Positions 13,118 through 23,800 of a stretch of 64,000 nucleotides of DNA are shown one piece after another. The stretch spans positions 641,219-705,218 of the forward strand of contig BFEA01000012.1 of NCBI GenBank assembly GCA_003427395.1. Direction: 5' to 3'. Source of the stretch: Chara braunii (Eukaryota; Plantae; Charophyceae). The notes beneath the pieces are model-generated. The model saw only the letters and a list, made by a program, of their open reading frames with translations. It was not told the origin of the DNA and ran no database searches. Within the stretch, counting starts at the first letter, position 1; every line of letters starts with the position of its first letter. The translations under genes were made by a program, and so were the position numbers.

Positions 13118-13537
13118 TCAGTGTCCCCCCCGTCCTTGCACTCTGGCCACTGATCTGGCCGCTTCCACCGCGTATTCACGCACAAAGCTGCGCACCGGCT
13201 CCCGATTCTGCTGCGGTAGGACCGTCAAGTCTGCGATGAAGGTGGCGACGCTGTGCACGAAGTTGGGTGCCACCTGAAGCGCACGAAACTCAATGAATAC
13301 TCGGGTCGTCTCCCGGCCAGGCAACTGCGTCACGTCCATGTACACTCCCGCATATGTTTGCCGATCGCAGAGCAACGAGTACGCTGCCAAATCAGCAACC
13401 CCGGGCGCTGGCACGTTCACCTGTTGGATGTCGTACCGCAACTGCCTCTCCTCATTAAATCGATGCCTCTACAAGCGATCTGCAAGCAGCGTCTGGAAGT
13501 GCTCGAGGGGCTCATGCTCCGGCTGGCGATGGTTCAT
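13118..13537 (-). CDS. Extra ORF-A of the Gypsy element (about 139 codons, one in-frame TAG), unknown function
   Basis: ATG at 13537 overlaps the end of pol: MNHRQPEHEPLEHFQTLLADRL*RHRFNEERQLRYDIQQ...; composition looks globular. Confidence 0.45.
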
Positions 13538-16500
13538 CCTGCTCGCTGAAACTCTCAGCACCAATGGACGAGGCAGATTGGGAAGAGGAGGAGGATGAAG
13601 AAGGAGATGGTGATCTCGCAGGAGCGGGGGTCTGTAGGGGACCTAGCGATGGCTGGAAGGGCCGGAGCGGGGCAGCGTGCCATGTCAGCGGTTGGGCCTG
13701 GGAGTTGTGACAGGGAATCAGCTTCACAGAGTGCTGTCCCTGTGCGCCAACTTCCGTGACCTCGTAAATGCCTGTGTAGCGCGGGTGGATCTTGGAGGAA
13801 CGCGCAGATTTCCGTTCCTGCACCAAGTCCCCAACTTTATAGCGGGGCAGTGGTCCTGCCGACGCGTGTCGATTCTCGTAGTCACCGATCTGCCGTTGAT
13901 GTGTCCAATCTACGGCTTGCTGTCGACGGCGAGCTAACGGGGGATAGGCCCTAGCCATTAAGTCCATGTAGTGGCGGGTCTTGTCTCGATTCTGGGCCCG
14001 TGTTGCTCTAACTTCCGTACCTACTAAGGGGGATAATTGCACCCGAGGGACCCTATTGGTTCTCAGTTGAAAGGGGGACACCCCAGTACTACCGTGTGGG
14101 GTAGCTCGATAAACGGCCAAAATGTGATCGACAATGACCGGCCAGGGTCGGGTGTCTCCCGCAGTGATATTCCGTCTAAGGGCCGTCTTAATCAGTCGGT
14201 TGGCATTCTCTTTCAGGCCATTGGCTTGAGGCCAATGCCCCGACGAGTATATAATCTTAACGTCCGCCCTGACTAGGTGATGTTCTACTTCGCCTTGAAA
14301 TTCCGACCCATTGTCCATGTGTACCTCTTCTACGTCTAGATGCATGCACAAAAATCGATTTACGTACCAGGCTACTTCCTGCGAAGTCCGACTGGTCATA
14401 GGGTACGCCTCGATCCATTCTGAAAAATGATCGACGACCACTAAAAGAACATTCAGTTCTCCCTGATCGACGGGCCCTCTCGGAACGTTGATATCCGTCG
14501 TATCGATGCTAACCCTCTGAAAGGGGCGCTCTACACGAGTGGGCACCATCGTCCGAGGCATCGGTACCGGCGCCTTGTACGCCGCGCAGGCCGGGCAATT
14601 CTGAACGATGTATTTCACATCTTCCCGAATTCCCGACCAGTACCATCCATTCTTTTCGATGGCTTTTTCCGTGTACTTGACTGCGAAATGGATTGCAGGG
14701 GCGTTACAAATTCCCATGGGACACCGGACCCATTGCCACGTGCCCTCCAACAGGACAAAGGTGGTTTTGGGTCGGTCCTCCGGTCGGACTGCGACGTGGT
14801 GAAAACCGTGTCGGATATCGAACTTGGAAAAGACTCGAGCGGCCCCGATAGCATCTAACAAATCATCGATTCGCGGCAAGGGATACACATCTTTCGTAGT
14901 GATGGCGTTCCATTTCCGGTAGTCGATACATACCCGAACCGAGCCATTTCGTTTTGGCACGAGGACCACGGGAAAAGATCATGGTCCCAGCGACGGTTTG
15001 ACCCACCCCAACCGCTCGAATTCCCGTACGCTTTCCAACACCAGCTGCCTTTCTTTAAGGGAATATCGGTACGGTCGGCAATGTATCGGGGCGTGATCCC
15101 CGGTGTCAATCGCGTGTTGTATCAAAGGGGTTAGCCCTAAGTCGTGGTCCTGAATGCTGACGGCCTGAGGATAGGCCCGTATAACCGCCAAGAGGAGGCG
15201 TTTGTATTCGTCCGGAACACGGGCTGGTAACTGAACTTCTACGGTTCCCCCAGGAAAGGAGACCGTCGTCGTAACCGTGGGGACCGCCGCGTTGGCATCG
15301 GGCGAGGCCCCAAATAAAGAGTTGTCGGTTTTCGCCGAAAGGACCATCGCAATAAGTTGGTTGTCCGCCAGACTCATCGGCTCGCTTTCCATGTCACTGT
15401 TACTGTCCAGTTCGGGTTCGGCCGAGGGTTCGACCGAAAAGGTCTGCGCCAGTTCCCTCGGTCCCCACCGATACTCCCTCGTTCGGGGTTGAAACGACAC
15501 CCCCTCTTTCAGGAGTATCGTGACTTTTTCATTCATGAGTAGGGGCCGTGGAGGTCGAAAAGATAAATCGCACAGCCCCCTCAGCTCGGTAAATCTTTCA
15601 GGTAGGGGGTCCGTCCTGAGATACAAGGACGCAGGGGGTTCCGAAAGGTCAGCTATTCGGGACACCCTCAGCAGGGGTTCCCCCTGCACCACGGAGGAGA
15701 ACGCGTGCGACCAATTGGACTCACTCCGAACTATTTCCAGTGGTTCTCGCCGCCAAGAATGGCGCCACCGATCCTAAACTCGGATCGGATATCGGTCGGG
15801 TACATCCGTTTTGTCAGTTTCCGTCGAGGGTTCATTTTCGTCTGGTGACAGGCGTCGGATCATGTTGATTTGATGGGCTTTCATGGTGAGGCGAGGCGCC
15901 GGCTGGGCGCGCATGCGCACCGCCAGTCTCATCGGTATCATTTGGGGTTTGGGGTGGGCCGATGCGAGCACCACCTTACAGCTGTCAAAGTGCATTCGCG
16001 CTCCGACCGCCGCCTGCCACGAAATGCCTAGCAGAACCTCATACGCCTGTACATCCAGCAGGATCACGTCACACAAACAATGCACCCGCCCCACCCGTAT
16101 AGGCACGTTCGTTATTCGCCCTTTACAATGAATACTATCTTCCGTAGCGGATATATACAGTTCATCCGGCCGGAGGGGCTGAACCAGTCCTTCCCTTCCC
16201 AACTGTTTCGTCAATCTCCAAGAAATGGCGACCACCGATGATCCCGAGTCTAGGATGGCGGCCGAGGGGTTTCCCCAGACCTCACAATCACACTCTACGC
16301 TTATCCAGGTTATAGGATAGGCCCGGAGAAATACCTCGGGTTTTTCCGAGGCGGAATCTACGGTCTGGATCATCCCTATCTGATTGGCTTCGTGCACCTC
16401 TGAGGTCGAGGGCTGTGACTCCTCGTTAGTGGGTGGGTCCCATAGGACCGACTTTTTGCCCTTTCCACTTTCCTCGAATCGGCACCTGTTTTTGAGGCAC

Positions 16501-18289
16501 CGTTCGATCAACTTTTCGTTAGCCGCTTCGGAAATGGTTAGCAGATATGGAATAGGGACGGGGATCCGAAGATCCAGAGCCTTCAAGGCATCCAATATGT
16601 CGATATGGCCATCCTTGAATTCAGGACTAGGTACCGCAAGATCCTCAAATCCTGGTCGCCACGGCCCGAGGTCGCTTTCCTCGGTAATCCGTTGGACGTG
16701 ACGTATCACTCCGATGGTCCCGGGTTCGAACAACGCTGCCGCCATATACTCATCGGGTCCTATCTCAATGGCCGTCGGGGTCACCATCTCCGTCGTTCCT
16801 GTGTCCATTACCGTGGCTACCCTCCCCTGTCCTGCAGCGGTGGGAGCAGCCAGCGGGATTTGGGAAGGTCCGGTGGGCCCGCCCTGAGTTCGGGGTTTCG
16901 GACAATCTTTCACAAGGTGGCCTGGCTGATTACAGTTATAACAACATAGGGGTGGGACAGCCCCGGCCACGGCCGGTCTTGTCATACGGGCTCCGACAAC
17001 CATAGCCGCCTGTTGCCGTTGTGCGGCGGCTATGCGTTGCCGTTGCAGACCTTGAACAAACTCCGTCAACGGCGCTACTACCGTAACTAGTTGGGCCGCG
17101 ACTTCTTTCATGGATACTTCTTCCTCGCCCCGGCCTCCTTGCGTTTGACTAGAGCGAGGGGAGGCCGGAGCAGAGGAAGAAGCTTTCCGATCCGAGCCTT
17201 TTTTTGCCGGACCCAACCCGAAGCGATCTTCGAACATTCGTGCCGTAGCGGAGTAGCTATTGCGTCGAACACCCGAAGGGTCATCTTCGTCGGATTCTGA
17301 GTCCAGGCCCACATNNNNNNNNNNNNNNNNNNNNNNNNNNNNNNNNNNNNNNNNNNNNNNNNNNNNNNNNNNNNNNNNNNNNNNNNNNNNNNNNNNNNNN
17401 NNNNNNNNNNNNNNNNNNNNNNNNNNNNNNNNNNNNNNNNNNNNNNNNNNNNNNNNNNNNNNNNNNNNNNNNNNNNNNNNNNNNNNNNNNNNNNNNNNNN
17501 NNNNNNNNNNNNNNNNNNNNNNNNNNNNNNNNNNNNNNNNNNNNNNNNNNNNNNNNNNNNNNNNNNNNNNNNNNNNNNNNNNNNNNNNNNNNNNNNNNNN
17601 NNNNNNNNNNNNNNNNNNNNNNNNNNNNNNNNNNNNNNNNNNNNNNNNNNNNNNNNNNNNNNNNNNNNNNNNNNNNNNNNNNNNNNNNNNNNNNNNNNNN
17701 NNNNNNNNNNNNNNNNNNNNNNNNNNNNNNNNNNNNNNNNNNNNNNNNNNNNNNNNNNNNNNNNCTTAATTGCGTACTGAATTAGCTCCGTCAGGGTATG
17801 TTCTATAGGGTTGCATTTCTTGCGGATCTTTTTCCGCAGACGAGAATCTGACCGTCCTCTGACGAAATCAGTCCGTACCATTTTCTCATCCACCCCGGAT
17901 CGTTCGGCTAGGTACGTAAAACGTTCAGCATATCTAGCCAAGGTCTCCTGAGGCTGCTGTGTGTATTCCTTTATTAAACAGAGGCATTGACCTGGTGCGA
18001 TGTGATCAAATCTATCGAGAAATTTCCTCTGGAAGGCTGCCCAATTAGTGAAGGGGTTTTGTCCGTACCACTCAAAAGCGGTTCCGGCTAACCTTCCGGG
18101 AATTCGTTCTCGGAGCAACTGGTCCGACCAGCCCTGGGCTTTCAAGGCAGCTAGCCAGGTGAGAGGATCGGTGTCATCTTCAGAAAAAATGGGAACTTCG
18201 GAGGGAGGAGGTACAAAGTACAGGGGATGATTGGCCATCCCCTCGTGGTTGTGTCCGTCGTTTTCACCCCTGATTCCGGGTTCCACCAT
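13512..18289 (-). pseudogene. Gypsy gag-pol: capsid, CCHC knuckle, aspartic protease, RT N-terminus fused to integrase
   Basis: AFEWY...FLDRF gag; CYNCNQPGHLVKDC; AILDSGS protease; VRVCIDYRKWN/LPRIDDLL RT; integrase CPAC, SIDT, MDNG, ENANR. Segments 17312-15774, 15692-14979 and 14969-13512 share one frame, separated by nonsense codons. Confidence 0.93.
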
Positions 18290-18467
18290 CGCGGGAGGCG
18301 GGTTTCGAGCCCAGCCTCTCGCTCGGTTCTGATTGTTATTCGCGGGCCTCCGTCGACGGGGAGCCAGCCTACTCCAAAATTCGAAAAATCTAATGAAAAG
18401 ATCAAAAAGAAAAAGGAGAAACTTTAAAACAGGGTAGTCGTCCTAGGAAAACCTCGGAGCCGAAACG

Positions 18468-18485
18468 AACCTCGCTCTGATACCA
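18468..18485 (-). promoter_or_regulatory. Primer-binding site for tRNA-iMet
   Basis: Minus strand TGGTATCAGAGCGAGGTT; TGGTATCAGAGC is the canonical plant initiator-Met PBS. Confidence 0.92.
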
Positions 18486-20880
18486 ACCTCACGCCCCCTC
18501 GCAGCTTCCCATACGGGGTTGCCGATCAGAGTTCTAAGAGGGGCGTGGCCGAGGATTTTTGGTCGTAAGGGTTGAGTCTCCCGGACGGAACGGGAGGCCC
18601 TCGTTTCGTGCCAGAGGTTTTCCCCGGAGTCGAACTGTCGTCGCGGAGTCCCATGGGGGTCGGATCACTCCGAAACGATAAACTCAAGAAAGGTTTCCGC
18701 AAAAAAGAACTGCCGTCATGCATCGGGACTGAAAAAGGCATCAAGGGGAGAGGGCCATGGCGGCATAGGACAAAACTTCGGTCGTCAGGGGTTTGGGGGA
18801 TAGGTGGCGGGTTCGAAGCCTTCAGGCCTCATCAGCGGCCTCACAAAGTGGCCAAACCCTCGGGTCTTTGCTGCGGAGGTGGTTGGTTCGAGGCCTTCAA
18901 GCCTCGGCGTCGGACTCACAGAGTCCGCGCGAAAGTTTCCGGGAGGGTTAAGCGGCGGGAGGACTCGCCGGCATCTGAATTCGAAATTGCGCGGGCAGNG
19001 NCCCCGCACTACGGGAAAGCTCGGGGAAACGTGTCGCTCCCTCGTAACCCAGGACCAGCCGTCGCCAAGAACACGAGTCCCCCTGGCGACACCAGTGACA
19101 ATCAAACTGCGGCTGCCACGCGGCGTGAGCGGCCGACCAGGGCAACACCGTCAAACCCGTATAAGGCAATATTAAAGTCGGGGAATCAAAACGGTCAATC
19201 AAAACAAACCCGTTCCCCCTTATCTCACAAGCTCGAGGCGGGTCCTGCCAACACACTTGCTCCGTCCGCCTCAGCGCGCGCCGTACGTCCGCATCGCAAT
19301 AGACGCTGTCGCCATCTGCGACGGGGAAGGTCGGTGGCGAGATGAGACGATCGGAGGTACGTGATGAACACGGGCAAGGTCCCGCGTTCCCGGTCATCCG
19401 AACCAACACCGAATCCATACAACAGTCGTCGCAACTCCTCTCTCCCCTCGCGGGGGCGTCGACCGTCCGCGCGGACGCAAGCGGTTGACGTCACCGGTAC
19501 GGGGGCGAGAAGCTCCAAAAGCGAAAACTATCAGTTCAAAAAGGAAAGCATGAGAGAGAGAGAGAGAGAGAGAGANNNNNNNNNNNNNNNNNNNNNNNNN
19601 NNNNNNNNNNNNNNNNNNNNNNNNNNNNNNNNNNNNNNNNNNNNNNNNNNNNNNNNNNNNNNNNNNNNNNNNNNNNNNNNNNNNNNNNNNNNNNNNNNNN
19701 NNNNNNNNNNNNNNNNNNNNNNNNNNNNNNNNNNNNNNNNNNNNNNNNNNNNNNNNNNNNNNNNNNNNNNNNNNNNNNNNNNNNNNNNNNNNNNNNNNNN
19801 NNNNNNNNNNNNNNNNNNNNNNNNNNNNNNNNNNNNNNNNNNNNNNNNNNNNNNNNNNNNNNNNNNNNNNNNNNNNNNNNNNNNNNNNNNNNNNNNNNNN
19901 NNNNNNNNNNNNNNNNNNNNNNNNNGCACAACCAGCTCCCATCACTCGGGGCTTCACACACACGACATGCATGGACAAAGCAGCAATGGAGATAAAAGCG
20001 AGTCCTTCTTGTACACAAAAATTTCAATTAGCTGCGGCCCCAAGGCACAGCCTTCAAAACTTCCCAAGACCACCGACCACCATAGCCACAAGGCCCTGCC
20101 GCGGCCGGCGTCCAATCCTGACCACTGCTAGTCCCTCCGACTTCTTAGCCCCGAGACTACCGCGGTGCCCACCCCACGTCGTCACTCCGCCCGTCCTTGG
20201 GCTCGTCGAGCCTGTTCGGCGCCGCGGACTCTCGCGCATAGCTCGCGCAGCATTGCAGCCGAGATCAAAGAGATGGAGAGGAGAGGGTTGCGCAAATTTA
20301 TAGCGCGGGAGGCGGCGGGTTTACAGCGCGAGGTGCGAGCAGCGCAGGGTGTAGATGAGCAGGACAGGAGAGAGAGGTGGGGAGTTAGAGGGTTCGACCC
20401 GCGGGATTGCATGGCTACATGATTGGGGTGTTCGTCCAAGTGGTGCGCGGTTTCCCGCTTTCCACATTGATCCGAGCATCCCAACTGCGCAGCCAATCAC
20501 TTCGTAGAGGAAGACGGGGTAAGGATCAAGTTGGGCGTAGGGGAAAACAAAGAGTCCTGCATGGGGAAAACGCACGCGGTAAGAAGGGAAGATGGCGCGA
20601 GGATGCAAAGCAAGAAACGGGGATGCGAGACGCGCGAAGAAATCGGAGCTTGGGCGCGCGCGCAAAAATTCAAAAAGTCCCCACCGCACCCGTTTATTGG
20701 TTTTCATACCGTGGCCGCTATTCGCCCGCGGGAGTTATTAACCAAACAAAATGAAAAAGTCGTTTCAAAAAGAAAACAAAAGAAAAACCCCTTTCTATCC
20801 GCGTCTGTACTTCGGGGCTTCCGCGGGATTTTTCCTCAGGGATACGGCAAGCCGTGCGGTACGGATATGAGTTTATCACA
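18484..20880 (-). repeat. 5' LTR of the Gypsy element (lacks the terminal CGTGTCACA)
   Basis: Similarity to the other LTR starts at caacctcacg (18484 vs 8861) and abuts the PBS. Confidence 0.92.
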
Positions 20881-23800
20881 AGCGCAAGGAAAGTTGTTGT
20901 ACACCAACACAACAAGGGCCCAATAGGAAATACTGTTGTTAAAGGATCCCGTTTGGGAGGCAGGTCTTAGATTGTTCTCGCACACTGCTCTTTTCGACAT
21001 GCAGCTTCTCAAAGTGAAATCCAACAATGCGTGGACCGAGGGTGAAGTCCAAGCCGGTTTGTGTCGAATTCTCAAGAGCCCGCTGCTAACAACCCTTATA
21101 GACATTGACTCGGTAATATGGCAGAGACCGTAGGGAACCAGGAGGCATTAGGGGACCTGTAATTCTGTTGATGGATCCAGTGCAGCTGATTTACGGAAAA
21201 AACTTCGCCTCGAGTAAAGGCCTACTAAAGGCAGACCTCGACCTGCGCACACTTAATGCTAATGGTCTCGCAACGGTCGCACCAGACAAACACCAGACGA
21301 TATGGGAACAACTCAGAGGCGTGGTTGGGAAAACGTGGCCGTATGTGGTCTGCATTCAAGAGACCCACCTTCTTAACACCTCAGACCACCACCGCGCCCA
21401 CCACCTGATATGGTCATATCAGATCTTCAGGGCCCATGCCCCGAGGCCAGGTGGCGTTGGGGTCGTGATTTGGTTTCCACCATCCTCCCGCACAACACCA
21501 ACGCATTGGGTGGTCGACAAGAAGGAAGGGAGGTGAGTCTCGATATTAGTAATGTTGGAGTTGGAACTGCTCTGCATCATCAGCGTATATGCTCCAAATA
21601 TGGAAGGGGAGAGGCGGACTTTCTTTAAGGTCTTCGTCAGCAGATCCCAGCAGGCCTCCCCATGATCATTGCAGGAGAATTTAATGCGTCCCCAGACCGC
21701 TGGCTAGACAAGTGGAGAATTCCCTCCCCTCCCCCGGCGTATATAACAATAGATGAAACAATTATAAAAGAGTTTTGCTTTACCCTTCGCGTATTTGTCA
21801 CATTCAGGAGAGTCTTCCCGAAGCAAAAAAGATTCTCTTGCTTCAGGAATACGGGCGCTGAGACTTGTTCTAGGTCATTGATCGACCTCATTCTTATGTC
21901 AGATAATCTGGAAGGGGCCCAGCAGTTTGCATATCTGCTCCCTCCCAGCCCATATAGGGGGTTGGACCACACGACGGGTTGAGTAACACTCACCTTCAGA
22001 AAGCAGCCCGATCATGGGCCAAGTTTTTTCAAACTTAACACGACGTTACTTCATCAACAAAACTTATTGAGCTTAGTACGGGACAAGTGGCAGTACTGGC
22101 GTCAACAAAAACAGTTAATTGATTCTGATTTATGAGATCAAATGGTTTAATAATGGTCTTCATTTTATGGGTCGCAAATGCAAAGAATGCACTGAAAAAA
22201 TGGCTAATCAACGATTCTAGGAAGAAATGGAAGTTCAATATCAAATTCAAGACCTACAGCAGCCACCCCGTGGCCCGAAATTACAAAACCTCAACAACAA
22301 GCTCTTAGAATTTGCAACTTTTTTTTTTTTTTTTTTTTTTTTTATAGATGGCAAGGCATAAGGATCAGAGATACCTAAGCACAACGTGAAAGGGGCCATG
22401 GATTCAGAATGTTCTTGCCATGGTCAAGGCCAAAACAAGAAGGCAATCAATCGAGACTTTTTTGGACCCCGTTGACCCGGACCGAAACCTAGCCATAACT
22501 CCATAATGTATGCGGATGGCTAGGGATTTTTACAAGGATCTTTTCACATCCCGCATTTAGGGCACACCAATAGAACTAAAGGATGCACAAATTGACACCT
22601 TCCTTACCTCGCTCACTAAGACTCTGACCCCCCAACTGAGAGAGGCACTAGAATGACCGATGACCGAAAATGAAATATGAACCGCCTTACTCCATATGGA
22701 CGCAGAGAAGGCCCCTGGTGTGGATGGCTTCCCGAAAGAATTATGGGCAGCTTGTTGGGACTGGTTGGCGGATGACCTTATGAGCTTATATGGGAAGGTG
22801 TGGGAGGAGGGGGTGATGGGGGAGATGGTGGGGCAAGGGATCCTCACATTGCTATACAAAAAAATGAGACAAAATGAATATATGAAACTACAAACCTATT
22901 ACATTGTTAACCATTGTTTATAAAATTTTATCCAAAGCACTAGCCAACCGGATGACCTCGACTTTGGGGCAGATAATACATCCTTCGCAAACCAGCTTTC
23001 TCAGGGGTCGTTGCATTCATGACAACATCTTATTAGTGAACGAATTGTTACGCCTCTCACGCCAGTCCAAGTGCAATGCCGCCTCGATCTTTATTGATTT
23101 CAAAAAGGCGTAGGACCACTTGAACTGACATTTCCTAGACAAATGGCTAGGTAAAATGAACTTTGGGGTGAACTTCTGACGATGGGTGCGCATTCTTCAT
23201 ACCAACGTCACCACCAAAGTACAAATCAATGGGCACCTGGCCCCAGAATTCCCTGCAACGTTCGGTCAGGCAAGGCGACCCCTTGGCTCCTTACCTCTTC
23301 GTGGTGGTAATGGAGGCATTAGCAATCAATTTGAGAGCTAACAGGGACATCCGTAGGATCCAAGTGACCTTCATTCTGAAGGATGCAATGCAATTGTGCT
23401 CCTTGTTTTCCGACAACCTGATCTTGATGATCGAGGCTTCCCATCGAAATATGGAAGAAATCGAGAGTCTAATGAACCGCTTTTGCACTCTTTCAAACAT
23501 GTCGGTCAACTAGGCCAGCAAGACCCTGGGGTGGTGGATGCACCACAACGGTGGCAGACCCCTGAAGCGGCTCGAGGTCACCTGGTGCCCTCTGGGGGGC
23601 CCAATCCGGGTCTTGGGGATCCAACTTTAGGCTGCAGGAAAACCTAAGTGCAATAACAAATTGATAATGGACCCGACACTCCAAAAGTTTGCCTCATGGA
23701 CAAACGAACACACCTCACTCTTTGGCAGGGCTCTTGTTATTAACAACGTGATGCTTGCGTCTCTTTGGTATAACTCTGCTATTTGGCCTCTGTCCCGGGA

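Larger units (their letters stand above)
8852..20880 (-). mobile_element. Ty3/Gypsy LTR retrotransposon, defective (RT core/RNase H deleted)
   Basis: Two LTRs of about 2.4 kb; TGTGA...TCACA termini; 4-bp TSD AGCG (8848-8851 and 20881-20884); PBS; gag-PR-RT-IN domain order. Confidence 0.96.
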
